Source: a virus
Taxonomy: Duplodnaviria > Caudoviricetes
Direction: 5' to 3' (one strand)
IMG/VR virus record: IMGVR_UViG_3300037310_000170
Coordinates: 1 to 43,215 of that record
DNA: 43,215 bases
The notes under the pieces are model-generated. The model saw only the letters and a program-made list of their open reading frames with translations, made no database searches and had not been told where the DNA came from. Both the position numbers and the translations under genes were made by a program. Of the stretch, positions 18,544 through 28,318 are shown piece after piece; positions within the stretch are counted from its first letter, which is position 1, and each line of letters begins with the position of its first letter.

Positions 18544-20538
18544 TCAGGACTTCGGAACCCGGATGATGGCCTTCGGATCCTCGACGGCCACGTAGAAATC
18601 GTGGATGAGCTGGAAGATGGTGCCATCGGTATCGGCCGCCGACAGCATCTCGAACCGCGGCGACGGATCGCCCTCGAGCCCACCATGGACGAGACACGTC
18701 CTGTTCGATATCGCGAACCAGACGTCGGGCGACGACGCTTCGACCGCGAGTCGAGGATCGGTCCATGTCGCCTTGCCCTGCAGAACGCTCGGCAACGCGT
18801 TCGACGCCGCGTCTGGATACCTTCTTGGGTCGATGATCTGACCGATCGTCGCCGTCTCCGAGACGGCGCCGAAGAAGCCGCGCAACGTGAGGTAGATCCG
18901 GCGCGTGCTCGTGCCGCCGTTCGCGCTCGCGTCCTTGACGGTCTCGGTCATAAGCTCGAACAACCGCATGACGTGGATGAGCGCCGCCAGGTCGGGCGTC
19001 CCGACATCTGTCGCGAGGTTGCCCCGCGATGCGTGGAACAGCGCCGTGCCGTCGTTCAGCGTCGGGTTCGCAAGGAGGATGTCGACCACCGCCGCATCGT
19101 CCTCCCATCGCTTCGCCGACTCGCCGAGCCCGAGCGACTGCTGCGAGAACGCGTCGAGGTCATCGTTGACGAGCATCTGGCGGGTGAACCCGACCTGGAT
19201 GCCCGCCGTGCTGAGCTGGCCGACCAACGGCGTCCCGCTGATGTACCCGGCGCGCTTGATTTCGCCGTGCTCGCCGATCGCCTCGAGGCTCGGCGCACCG
19301 CTTCGACGGAAGATCGAAAACTGTTTGAAGTCCGGCCGGTTATGGAGGCGCGAGAACTCGCGCCACGGCGACATAACCTCCGCGTACCCAACCGCGAGCA
19401 TCTTGTTCGCGGCGTTGCCGAGCAGCGTAGCGAAGTCGCCCGTCGTCGCGAGACCGCCTGCGGCCGATCGGAACGCCAGCGCCCGCATGGCGATCTCATT
19501 CGGAGACCACCCCGCGCAGTTGAATCCCCGAGCCTCAAGGAATTGCTCCGCGAGATCGATCAGCCGGGCGCGACGCGCTCGGTGAGACCGCTCGTCGCTG
19601 AGCGGCTCGATGGCGAGCTTGGCTTTCTCGACCCGACGCGGATCGACCCCGCTCAGCGCGCGGTGGGTGATGCCAAGCCCGATCGCCTCGTGCGCCTTGT
19701 CGGCAGCCGCACGACCGATCTCGATCTTCGTTCCCGCTGGCGGCTGCGGCGACGTGATCTGCGCGGCGCGCTGATTCTCAGCTGCAAGCTTGAGGAGCTC
19801 GAATCCGACACGGTTGTCGTCGTGAGGGAACTCGGCGACCAGCGCACGGACCTTCTCGGTCGCAACGTGGTTCGCGGCCCCGAGCCGCTCGAAGGTTGCC
19901 AGCCGGGCGTTGTAGGCAACGGCTGCCTCGGTCGTCATCGTCGTATCGCTCACAATTGCCTCCTCGGCGCCTCGCACCGGGTATTTCCGCGTATCACTCT
20001 CGCGCTCAGCTGAGCGCATCACCGCGCCTGCGTCCGCCGGCATCTGCACGATGGACACCTCGTAGGGCTCCCACGATGTGGGCGTCATCAGCGTGCGGTC
20101 GCCTCCGTCGCGGCGGTCCTTTGCCGGCGTCCGGACGAAGTCATCGACGTCGTACCCAAGCGACACCGCCCGGATGTGTCCATCCGCGATCAGGCCGAGC
20201 ACGGCATCGCCGGCTGGCGTGCGCGCAACCTTGATCTGCCCGACCAAGGTCGCCCCGTCGACCCGTACCGAACCCGGGACTACTGAGCCGAGGGTGTTTA
20301 TGACGCTGCCGGTCATGTGGCTGTCGAGCACCACGCCGATGGAGTTGATCCGCTCCAGGCGGGCGCGGTCAACCGGCAGGGCTTCGTCGAAGTCCTCGAT
20401 CCATCCGCGCCGGCGCACGATGGCGCCAGTCGACATGACGACATCGACCGTGCGATCTTCGCGAGACAGCGACGATGCCCGCACGGCCGCCTCGCGCCTC
20501 AGCGCCGGGCCTTCATAGTATCGAGACGATCCGCTCAC
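18544..20538 (-). CDS. Prohead protease-major capsid fusion protein
   Basis: N-terminal protease motifs (VLDSH, RAVSLGY, WEPYEVSIVQMPADAGA); C-terminal capsid motifs (TTGDF..LL...NK.L, DFK, GEHGE, TRQMLVNDDLDAF, LFHASRGNL). Confidence 0.92.
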   Translation of the reverse strand: MSGSSRYYEGPALRREAAVRASSLSREDRTVDVVMSTGAIVRRRGWIEDFDEALPVDRARLERINSIGVVLDSHMTGSVINTLGSVVPGSVRVDGATLVGQIKVARTPAGDAVLGLIADGHIRAVSLGYDVDDFVRTPAKDRRDGGDRTLMTPTSWEPYEVSIVQMPADAGAVMRSAERESDTRKYPVRGAEEAIVSDTTMTTEAAVAYNARLATFERLGAANHVATEKVRALVAEFPHDDNRVGFELLKLAAENQRAAQITSPQPPAGTKIEIGRAAADKAHEAIGLGITHRALSGVDPRRVEKAKLAIEPLSDERSHRARRARLIDLAEQFLEARGFNCAGWSPNEIAMRALAFRSAAGGLATTGDFATLLGNAANKMLAVGYAEVMSPWREFSRLHNRPDFKQFSIFRRSGAPSLEAIGEHGEIKRAGYISGTPLVGQLSTAGIQVGFTRQMLVNDDLDAFSQQSLGLGESAKRWEDDAAVVDILLANPTLNDGTALFHASRGNLATDVGTPDLAALIHVMRLFELMTETVKDASANGGTSTRRIYLTLRGFFGAVSETATIGQIIDPRRYPDAASNALPSVLQGKATWTDPRLAVEASSPDVWFAISNRTCLVHGGLEGDPSPRFEMLSAADTDGTIFQLIHDFYVAVEDPKAIIRVPKS

Positions 20539-22097
20539 AGGTCGGACCCTGCATCATCGGTCTCGCCCTGTTGAGGGGGGGCGCCTCCGGCGCCGCCCCG
20601 CTGGTCGTTCCGCATGGCCCCGCGCCAGTCGACCTTGCTCGGATCGATGTCAAGGATCAGACCAAGAAGGTCAAGCTCCTTGGTCAACCGAGACTGCTGC
20701 TCGAGGTTGCTACGCGGCACGAAGCCGCGCTTTGCGACCTGCGACTCCCACGGGACAAAGCCCGCGCGCGTGTCGAGGATATCGCCGAGGCTCTCCCTCG
20801 CGGGGTCGACGCTCTGGCGCGCGGGCGCCGTGAAGTCAGCCGCCACGAACGGACGGTCGATGAAGCCACCCAGGAAGGCCGCCTCGCAAAACCATCGCCA
20901 CACGCGAGCCGATACCTTCGGCACAAAGTGCGTGTACTGGAGCGTTTCCACGTATCGCCAGAACTCGATGAGGCCACCACGCAGCGACGAGTAATTGGCC
21001 TGGCTCAGATCCCCACTGAGCCACTCGTAGCTGAGCATCCACGAGACCGCGCACGACTGGAGCATTGACCGCTTATACGTGTCGTAATTGGCTGCGATGA
21101 CCGGCGTGTTGAACCGGACATCTTTGCCGTTGCGCAACCGGACGATCATCCGCGGCTGGATGTCCTCGACGCGATTTCCGTCATCGTCGATGGCTGCCGG
21201 CACGAGGCCTTCGTCGGCCTGCTCAGCCGCATCGTCACCAGGGACGATGAACGCCGCAACCGCGGCCTCGGTCTGCTTGCGTGCCAGCTCGAATCGCTCC
21301 CACGTCTCGAGGTCCGCCTTCATCGCGAGCCCCGGCGTCAGGAACGGAATGCCGCGCACCTGGCGGGGTCGCAGCGGCACGAACAGGTGGATGACGTCAG
21401 ATGCCGGAACCCGGACAGATGGGAGTCGACCCGCGCGAAATGGGTAGCTCTCGCCGGGATGCTCCGGCAAGAACCAATAAGCCACTCGCTCACCGCGCGC
21501 GTCGAACTCGACGCCTTGCACAACACGTCCGCCGTCGGCTAACTGCTGGTTCTTCTGCTCGTCGACCAGGTCGGCCTCGAGCACCTCGAGCTGGAGAGGC
21601 ACGCGCCCGGTCGCGACCATCGCCGGCACGGTGTGCCGCCGAATGAAGCACTCTCCGGCCTCGACCCAGCCACGGCCCGCGACCGACTCGATCGCCTGGT
21701 AGGTGTGCGCGCCCTCGATGTCTGCCGATGTCTCGCACCACTCGGACCACAATGCCGCGAGACGCTCGGCGCGCATCTTGTCTTGCGTGCTCTCTTGAGT
21801 GGAGCGTTGGACGCTGGGCACGATGCCGGTGCCCACGATGTTTCCGGCGATCACCTCTACCGCGCGGGCGCAGTGGGCATCGTTGCGCGCCATGTCGCGG
21901 GCTCGCGCTCGCAGATACGGCGCTGACTGCCCGACCGCATTGGGCCCCGCGTTGCTCGTGCTCCACCCCCTGCGTCCACGGTCGCTTACCGACGCGGCCT
22001 CGTACGCCGACCGTTTCGCCTTCGGTCCGAGCCCGAGGGCGCCGGCAATGCGAGACCACACCGACCGCTTCGGTCGCGACCGAACAACGACGCTCAT
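20535..22097 (-). CDS. Lambda-family portal protein
   Basis: YEAAS...LRARARDMARND, IVGTGI, QGVEFD..G..VAYW, RPRQVRG.P, GDLSQANYSSLRGG, VDPARE. Confidence 0.95.
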   Translation of the reverse strand: MSVVVRSRPKRSVWSRIAGALGLGPKAKRSAYEAASVSDRGRRGWSTSNAGPNAVGQSAPYLRARARDMARNDAHCARAVEVIAGNIVGTGIVPSVQRSTQESTQDKMRAERLAALWSEWCETSADIEGAHTYQAIESVAGRGWVEAGECFIRRHTVPAMVATGRVPLQLEVLEADLVDEQKNQQLADGGRVVQGVEFDARGERVAYWFLPEHPGESYPFRAGRLPSVRVPASDVIHLFVPLRPRQVRGIPFLTPGLAMKADLETWERFELARKQTEAAVAAFIVPGDDAAEQADEGLVPAAIDDDGNRVEDIQPRMIVRLRNGKDVRFNTPVIAANYDTYKRSMLQSCAVSWMLSYEWLSGDLSQANYSSLRGGLIEFWRYVETLQYTHFVPKVSARVWRWFCEAAFLGGFIDRPFVAADFTAPARQSVDPARESLGDILDTRAGFVPWESQVAKRGFVPRSNLEQQSRLTKELDLLGLILDIDPSKVDWRGAMRNDQRGGAGGAPPQQGETDDAGSDL

Positions 22098-22300
22098 CGC
22101 GTCTTTCCGATCCGGGCCACGCTGTGGCTCGCCGGCACCGCACTTGACCCGGCGAGCTCGCTCTGCATCAGTCGACGGATGCGCAGCATCTCGTCAACCG
22201 ACCCGTAGGTCACCGACTTGCCGTCGCTCGTGGTGACCGTGCGGACCCCGCGCTTGATCGCCGAGTCGAGAGTTTCGAGGTCGTCTTCGGTAAAGGCCAT
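22094..22300 (-). CDS. gpW-like head completion protein
   Basis: 68 aa AFTEDDLETLDSAIKRGVRTVT..DGKSVTYGSVDEM, between terL and portal. Confidence 0.9.
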   Translation of the reverse strand: MAFTEDDLETLDSAIKRGVRTVTTSDGKSVTYGSVDEMLRIRRLMQSELAGSSAVPASHSVARIGKTR

Positions 22301-22346
22301 CGCGGCCTCACGCTAATGCGGACGTGCGCGCGACGGAGGCGGGGTC

Positions 22347-24320
22347 TCAGGTCCATCGCGGACGCTTGCCCCCGACCGGTCGGGGGCGGGACGGAGCTGG
22401 CGGAGCCGCGTCTGGCGCAGGCGCGTCTGGTTTTCGCCCATTGACGCGATCCGCCACAACGGGCGAAAACTCTTTTTGCTGCGTCGGAGCATCCGCCGCC
22501 ACGGGGCGCTCCAGCCGGAACCCCTGCGCATAGAGCCCATGCAGCACGGCGTACGAGTACACAGCGCAATCGAGCCCCTCGTTGCGGATGTCCCCTCGCC
22601 GCATCTGCCACCGGCGCCGGCGCTCTCCCGTGTGCCGACCACCTCGGGCCCGAGCCGTGTCGACCACGCACACCTCCGACGTGAGCTCCTCAAAGAAGGC
22701 CGGCCCTAGCGACTCGCGCGCGGCGAAGTGCCAGAGCCCAGGACCTTCGCGCTCGCCGCGGCTCATCGCCTGCAGCGTCCCCCTTAGCCGTGACATGCAG
22801 GTCTCCTTGCAAGCAAACACTCCGACTAAGTAGAGCGGCAGATTGCCCTTGTTCTTTCGGCTGGGAACCTTTGGCCACGGTCGAGATCCCTCGCGTCCCG
22901 AGTCGCCTTTTACGGCCCACACGCGACGCGACTTTCGCGGCCGACAAAACTTGTAGGCCTGCGCCGTCGCGAGGCCGCCGGTGTCTAACCCCGTTGCTCG
23001 AATCTTCATCGCGCCGCCGAGCGCGTGCGGATAGCTCGCATGCAAGAGAAGCTTGTCCAGCTCGGCCCAGACAGACGACGGGTCGTTGGGGTCCTTCGTC
23101 GGATCACCGCTGAGCTCGATGCGATCCACGGTCCAGCGCTCCTCTCCTGGACCCCAGCCGTCGATCTGCACCACGATCCGGTCTGCCTGCACGTCGACAC
23201 CCGCGGTCAAGCACGCCACCCGAGCCGGCAACACTTCGAGCCTAACTCTCAGACTCAGCAGGCCGTCGGGGTCCCACGAATCGGCATCGGCGACATCGAA
23301 CGTCTCGCCGAGACGCGTATTGGTGAAGACCTGGAGCTGTAGTTGATCGTGGTGCGCCTCGTCGTACGCCGCCAATAGCTCCGACCACGAGACCCAGGGC
23401 GAGTAGAGCTGCGATATGTGGAACCCGACGACGCGGCGGCCTGGGAACGTCGGGACCCATCGTCCACGAGCAACCATGCCGTCACGCCGCCACTCGGGTA
23501 TCAGGGCGCCGCAGCCACCAGCGTCGGGGTCACAGAGATACTCGGCCGCGCCCGTCTCGCCCCGAGACAGCCGCGAAAAAATGAGGCGCTGAAAGAGCCC
23601 GCACTCAGGGCATGGCACGCGGAAATATCGCTGGTCGCTCGCCATAAACAGCGACTCGATGCGCGATGAGCCGCGAATGGTCGGCGTCGAAAATGCTCCG
23701 AGCTTCCTACTGAACGGGAACGTTGCGGTCCGCGCGCCAAACAGCAACCACGGATCGCCCTCACCGGATATCTGCCCTGGCCACGCGTCGAGCTCGTCGC
23801 CCAGCCCGACGCGCACCGTCCGCCGACGAAAGCTCTTGCCCGAGTTGGCGCCGACCGCGTACAGCACGCCGCCGCGATACTTTTTGTGCAGGATCGTGTT
23901 GCCCTTGCGCCTGTCTTTGTCCGGCGTGATCAGGTCCTGAAGCGCTGGCGTGTGCGCAATCATCGGGTCGAGATGGTCCTTGCTCCACTCCTCCGCGTCG
24001 GCCTCGATCGGCTGAGCGACCATGATGGGGCACTTCACGGAGTCCATAAAAAACCCGACCGTGTTGTTGATGCACTCTGTTTTGCCGACTCGCGCCGACG
24101 ACTGAAACACCACCTCCTGCACTGGCGACGACGGAGACAGGCAGTCCATGATCTCAACCAACCACGGCGTTCGCGCGTTGCGCCACGGTCCAGCGTCCGC
24201 TGCGGTCTCCGTCGGCAGATACCGACGCATCTCCGCCCACTCCGAGACCCGCGTGGCAGGGGGCGGCGCGATGGCGCGTCGACGATGGCGGACGATATCC
24301 GTGACGTCGTCTAACTTCAT
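22347..24320 (-). CDS. Terminase large subunit (lambda GpA family)
   Basis: SEWAE, RTPW..EIMD, SARVGKTE Walker A, DELD, STPT, CPECG zinc motif, GFHISQLYSPW, GVDVQ nuclease, NEGLDCAVY. Confidence 0.96.
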   Translation of the reverse strand: MKLDDVTDIVRHRRRAIAPPPATRVSEWAEMRRYLPTETAADAGPWRNARTPWLVEIMDCLSPSSPVQEVVFQSSARVGKTECINNTVGFFMDSVKCPIMVAQPIEADAEEWSKDHLDPMIAHTPALQDLITPDKDRRKGNTILHKKYRGGVLYAVGANSGKSFRRRTVRVGLGDELDAWPGQISGEGDPWLLFGARTATFPFSRKLGAFSTPTIRGSSRIESLFMASDQRYFRVPCPECGLFQRLIFSRLSRGETGAAEYLCDPDAGGCGALIPEWRRDGMVARGRWVPTFPGRRVVGFHISQLYSPWVSWSELLAAYDEAHHDQLQLQVFTNTRLGETFDVADADSWDPDGLLSLRVRLEVLPARVACLTAGVDVQADRIVVQIDGWGPGEERWTVDRIELSGDPTKDPNDPSSVWAELDKLLLHASYPHALGGAMKIRATGLDTGGLATAQAYKFCRPRKSRRVWAVKGDSGREGSRPWPKVPSRKNKGNLPLYLVGVFACKETCMSRLRGTLQAMSRGEREGPGLWHFAARESLGPAFFEELTSEVCVVDTARARGGRHTGERRRRWQMRRGDIRNEGLDCAVYSYAVLHGLYAQGFRLERPVAADAPTQQKEFSPVVADRVNGRKPDAPAPDAAPPAPSRPRPVGGKRPRWT

Positions 24321-24850
24321 GACTCAGCCGACAGGAGCCGCAACACCACGATGACCTCGTCGTCCACCAGGCGACGACACTCTCCCGCGTCCGTCTCAGC
24401 GGCCAGGCGTCCAGCGAGCCGAGCCCCGATCTGCAGCAGCTGGTCACGCATCATCGCGGCCTCGCTCACCCACCGCTCCGCTACTGCGGCACGACGCACG
24501 AGCAGCCCCTGCAGCTCGAGCCGGACAAGCCGGGCGCGGAGCGCCTCCTCTCTGACCCGCATCCGCGCCCAGTCTGCGGCCTCCTTCCGTCCGCCCCGCG
24601 GGCGAGCGGACGGCGTTACCTCGGCCGCACCCAGACGAGGTCGCCCTCGCTTACCCGAGACCGCGGCGATCGCATCCCTGATCCGCTCCGCGGCGTCCGA
24701 GCGCCCCGTTCGCTCGGCGTAGGCCAGGATCGCGGGTAGCGTGGTGCCTCCCATCGCACCACGCTTAAGCGCCGCCTGTACCGACGACCTCGAGATCCCC
24801 AGCATGGATGCGGTCTCAGATTGACTCAGCCGTTTTGAATTCGCGCTCAA
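24317..24850 (-). CDS. Terminase small subunit
   Basis: N-terminal HTH (SQSETASMLGISRSSVQAALKRG) and Nu1-like C-terminal helix (A..ARL.RLEL.G.LV); ATGA-coupled to terL. Confidence 0.8.
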   Translation of the reverse strand: MSANSKRLSQSETASMLGISRSSVQAALKRGAMGGTTLPAILAYAERTGRSDAAERIRDAIAAVSGKRGRPRLGAAEVTPSARPRGGRKEAADWARMRVREEALRARLVRLELQGLLVRRAAVAERWVSEAAMMRDQLLQIGARLAGRLAAETDAGECRRLVDDEVIVVLRLLSAES

Positions 24851-25519
24851 CTAGTCTGATTCCGTCGTGGGCAAGGCCCCTCGCCTCCCTCCCCGTGCGG
24901 GAGGACCCAAGGCACTGGGGGGGCCGTCTCCCTTGGCGCGCTCGCGCTGTCGGGCGCGCCGCTCCTCTCGGTCCTGTGTCTCGCTAGAGACGCCCCACAG
25001 CCCACCCAGCAGCCATGCCAGGCCATACCAGTCCTCCACGCGCGCCGGGTCGACGCGCTCCGGGCAGTCGAGTATCCAACGGCGCAGTGCGGTCGGCATG
25101 ACCCGCCATGCGCCGTCCTGCTGGTGCGCAGGCAGGGTGCCGCGTCCGATCGCGCGCAGCACCGTGGCCACCGAGCGGCCTGTCAGTGGCTCGACCTGCC
25201 TTGGTGTGAGCGACAGCCGCGAGCGACTGATGCCGTGGCGCCAGAGGGTCGCAGACACCGCCCTGACCGTCAGGCGGAGCTCGCGCGCCATCCTCGCCAG
25301 CGTGTAGCCCTCGTCGTCTGCGTGGGCGCGCAACCAGGCCACCACACTTGCCTTGGTGGCGATGCGGAGACGCCGCGGCGAGCCCACGCCGAGCACCTGG
25401 CGCACCTGGTGCACTGTGATGCCGAGGCGACGCGCGATGGCGACGCGGCCCAACCGCCGACTCAGCCGGACGACGTCCCGCGCGACGTGCTCGTCCACGG
25501 GTGCGTGAGGGCGACTCAT
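24851..25519 (-). CDS. Multi-HTH DNA-binding protein
   Basis: Three HTH-like segments (IARRLGITVHQV; TLARMARELRLTVRAV; LTPRQV..LTGRSVATVLRAI..G.LPA...W, HTH_17-like). Confidence 0.7.
   Translation of the reverse strand: MSRPHAPVDEHVARDVVRLSRRLGRVAIARRLGITVHQVRQVLGVGSPRRLRIATKASVVAWLRAHADDEGYTLARMARELRLTVRAVSATLWRHGISRSRLSLTPRQVEPLTGRSVATVLRAIGRGTLPAHQQDGAWRVMPTALRRWILDCPERVDPARVEDWYGLAWLLGGLWGVSSETQDREERRARQRERAKGDGPPSALGPPARGGRRGALPTTESD
24866..24908 (-). other. Candidate cos site (cosQ-like GGGTCCT plus cosN-like dyad)
   Basis: GGGTCCT (24908-24902) lies about 21 nt before the dyad CGAGGGGCCTTGCCCACG, just upstream of terS. Confidence 0.45.
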
Positions 25520-26985
25520 GCCCTGTCCGCCAGGTCATGCCGCCGGCCCTTCTTCCGCGCGGTCTCTGTCTCGTCCCGCTCCACCTCGAGCTCGTGTGGC
25601 TGCATCGGCCGCAGCGCCCCCGAGCCGTCACGCGTGAGCTCGAGCGCAGGTGGCGTCGGCCCGTAGTTCGACTTCACGACGCTGAGCCTGGAGCGCCGCT
25701 CCCGCCCCGTGAGGCGCTCGAGGTATCCGACCCACCGCGCGCCGTCGACGAGCGCGCTGTGCCCTCGCACGATGCCCTGGTTGCGCTGTGACGGGTCATC
25801 GCGGAGCGCGCCCTTGTTCGTGTGATGCGCGACGATGACCGCCGGCGCACCTGGCAACGCAGTGAGCTGCTCGAGGAGCTGCACGACGCGCGTCGCTGCG
25901 TGCGCGTCGGTCTCGATCTCGGGCCCGCCCCAGCGCGAGAGCGGGTCGAGGATGATGGCCCGCCACGTCTGACCGCCGAGCGCAACGCACAGATCGGCGT
26001 GCCACCTCGTGGGCCCGTCGGGCCCAAGGAAGGCCACGTTGTGGCCCATGAGCGCCATCGGCACGACGTTGCGTCTCACCTCGCTCAGCAGGTAATCCAC
26101 GCCATCGTCACCGGGTTGGCCGAACGTCTGCGCGGCCATGTAGAGCCGCCGTCGGATCTCGTCGAGGTCCTCCTCTGCGAGCGCCAGCAAGACACGCCCC
26201 TTCCGCGGCACCTGGAACGTGCCGAGCCACGGTGTGCCCGTCGCGATGGCCAGCGCCAGCTGCACGAGCGCGTAGGTCTTGCCGACGCCTCCGGCCGCGG
26301 CGAGGAGCGACACGCGGCCAGCCGCCATGAGCAGCGGCTGCCGGTGCCCATCGCTCCACGTGAGCAGCGCATCGGCGCGAGGCGGCGGCTCGGTGAACCA
26401 GTTGTCGGCGCCGAGCTCGGCGAGGGTGCGCAGGTCGATGGGCAGGCGCGGCGCCACGTCGGCGAGCGTTGCCCCGACCGACGCTCCGGCCTCGGCGACG
26501 AAGGCGTCGACGTCGTCGACGTCCTGGTACGCGGCGACCTCGATGCGTCGAGCGACCTCGATGAGGCGGCGGAGGCGGGCCTTGGCGACGACGACGCGGG
26601 CATAGTGCTCCACGTTGGCGACGGTGCCGGCCCGGTCCATGAGCTCGCCGATGGCACGAGCGCCGCCGAGCTGCTCGTAGACGCCGCGGTCTCGGAGCGA
26701 CTGCTGGAGCGTCACCGGGTCGACGGGCGTGCCGTGCGCCTCGAGCGCGATCATCGTCGCGGCGATGGTCGCGTGTCGCCCCGAGTACCACGCCCAGGCT
26801 GGGATGGCGGCAACGCTTTCGAGGGCTCGCGAGTCGAGCAGCGCGGCCGCGAGGACCTCGCGCTCGGCCTCGAGCGAGTGCGGCGGTGTCGGTCCCGCTC
26901 GTGACGCATCGACGTGCACGACCACGTCCGCGGGGTGCGGTACGCCCCACGCCGGCACGTCGCTGGTGTCGTCCTCGGCGCTCAT
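25516..26985 (-). CDS. Replicative helicase: DnaB N-terminal domain fused to RepA/AAA_25 ATPase
   Basis: PPHSLEAEREVL (DnaB-N); AAGGVGKT Walker A, IILDP Walker B, HHTNK, RGHSAL, VKSNYG. Confidence 0.88.
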   Translation of the reverse strand: MSAEDDTSDVPAWGVPHPADVVVHVDASRAGPTPPHSLEAEREVLAAALLDSRALESVAAIPAWAWYSGRHATIAATMIALEAHGTPVDPVTLQQSLRDRGVYEQLGGARAIGELMDRAGTVANVEHYARVVVAKARLRRLIEVARRIEVAAYQDVDDVDAFVAEAGASVGATLADVAPRLPIDLRTLAELGADNWFTEPPPRADALLTWSDGHRQPLLMAAGRVSLLAAAGGVGKTYALVQLALAIATGTPWLGTFQVPRKGRVLLALAEEDLDEIRRRLYMAAQTFGQPGDDGVDYLLSEVRRNVVPMALMGHNVAFLGPDGPTRWHADLCVALGGQTWRAIILDPLSRWGGPEIETDAHAATRVVQLLEQLTALPGAPAVIVAHHTNKGALRDDPSQRNQGIVRGHSALVDGARWVGYLERLTGRERRSRLSVVKSNYGPTPPALELTRDGSGALRPMQPHELEVERDETETARKKGRRHDLADRA

Positions 26986-27698
26986 GTGCCGGCCTCGAGG
27001 CGGGCGAATTGGGCCCGCAGCTCAGCCGTGCGTGCCGCCTCTTCGGCACGCGTCAGCAGGCGCGGCGGGGGTCTCGGCGGGGGTGGCTCGGGCGGGGCAG
27101 CGATGGCGTAGTCGTCTCCCCATGCTTCGCGCTGCGCCTCTCGCGCCTCAAGCGCGGGAGGAGGCGCAGCAGGCACTGAGTCTCTGATCGCGCGCGCGTC
27201 TGTAGAGCCCGAAGGGCTCGGCTCACTCCCCTGCGCGCGTATGCGCGCGGGGAGTTCCTTGCCTTGCCTTGCCTTACCTTCGCGCGCGTCACGAGCGCAT
27301 GGCGCCGCGAGGCGCGGCATCTCGCCGCGAGGCGCGGCATCCGGCGCGGCAAGCCGTGGTAAGCGGCTTTGGCCAGGTGGATATTCTGACTCATCGCGGC
27401 CGCGCTTGACATCGCGCGGGGCATCGCGGTCGTAGCTGTCGAGCTCCCACGCTGACCCGTCAGCCGACACCATGAGCAGGGTCGACTGCACGAGCCGATT
27501 GATGCGACCATCGAAGTCGGGCACGCCGCGGAGAGCGCCGGCGACGACGGCGAAGGCATCGGCGTCCATAGGACCGCGACCCCACCGATCCGCGCACGCG
27601 TAGAGGCGCACCAAGAGGCCGGCATCTGCATCGTCGAGGCGCAAATATCGCGGGTCGCGCAAAAGGCGGCGAGGGACGAAGGACCAAGACCACGCCAT
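26982..27698 (-). CDS. Replication initiator (lambda O-like position)
   Basis: N-terminal wHTH-like DPRYLRL...LY..AD..GRG, internal DNA repeats, EGKARQGK linker; upstream of the helicase. Confidence 0.65.
   Translation of the reverse strand: MAWSWSFVPRRLLRDPRYLRLDDADAGLLVRLYACADRWGRGPMDADAFAVVAGALRGVPDFDGRINRLVQSTLLMVSADGSAWELDSYDRDAPRDVKRGRDESEYPPGQSRLPRLAAPDAAPRGEMPRLAAPCARDAREGKARQGKELPARIRAQGSEPSPSGSTDARAIRDSVPAAPPPALEAREAQREAWGDDYAIAAPPEPPPPRPPPRLLTRAEEAARTAELRAQFARLEAGT
27257..27361. repeat. Iteron-like repeats, candidate origin
   Basis: (CCTTN)x5 at 27257-27281; exact 19-bp CGCCGCGAGGCGCGGCATC at 27303 and 27323, plus degenerate copies. Confidence 0.6.
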
Positions 27699-27699
27699 A

Positions 27700-28317
27700 T
27701 CACGCCCCCTGCGATGCGAGCCGACGATGCTCGCGGATAAGTGCCTCGTCAGGCGCCGCCGGCGGCAACCACACGACCTCCGTGCGGCCGCCCTGCGGCA
27801 TCCAGATGAGCCAGTTGATGGCGCGCATGTCGCCGCGCCCGGTGCCGTCGCAGCTCACGCGCTGATCGGGCACGAGGATGTAGGTCGGGCGTCGAAGGCC
27901 TGCGCCACGCGAGCGCAGCGCGTCCGAGTGCCACCACGTGGCGAGAGCGAGGCAGCAGACGAGCCCGCTCATGCGGTCCTGGCGCTCGAGCGCGCGGCGC
28001 ACGAACGACGTCATGACCTCGTTGTCGAACGGCGGGTTCATCACGACGTGCGTGGCGCTCCAAGGCAGCACGAGGCCATCGCCGATCCTGTGCGACCGCA
28101 CGCGTCGTGCGAGCTCGCGGCCGTGGGTCTTGTTTACCTCGATCGCTTGGCGGAGCGACGAGGTGATGCGCAGGCCTTCGAGCAACGCTCCGTATCCAGC
28201 GCACGGATCGATCCACGAGTCAGTGAGGACGCGCGGCATCATGCGCTCCAGGAAGGCACGGAGCGACTCAGTAGCGTAAGGGTCGGTCGGGTAATATCCG
28301 TCAGCGCGCTTGCCCAT
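27700..28317 (-). CDS. DNA amino-methyltransferase (N6-adenine type)
   Basis: YYPT, IDPCAGYG (motif I), VMNPPF (motif IV); no cognate endonuclease nearby. Confidence 0.85.
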   Translation of the reverse strand: MGKRADGYYPTDPYATESLRAFLERMMPRVLTDSWIDPCAGYGALLEGLRITSSLRQAIEVNKTHGRELARRVRSHRIGDGLVLPWSATHVVMNPPFDNEVMTSFVRRALERQDRMSGLVCCLALATWWHSDALRSRGAGLRRPTYILVPDQRVSCDGTGRGDMRAINWLIWMPQGGRTEVVWLPPAAPDEALIREHRRLASQGA

Positions 28318-28318
28318 C

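Noticed and set aside
17770-20013. Long plus-strand ORFs (747 aa here; also 3543-5615) and minus-strand 40266-41837 and 35502-36809
   Set aside because: They are antisense shadows of well-supported genes in high-GC DNA, Arg-rich and without motifs
27700-28317. MTase as part of a restriction-modification system
   Set aside because: There is no adjacent endonuclease, and orphan MTases are ordinary in temperate phages
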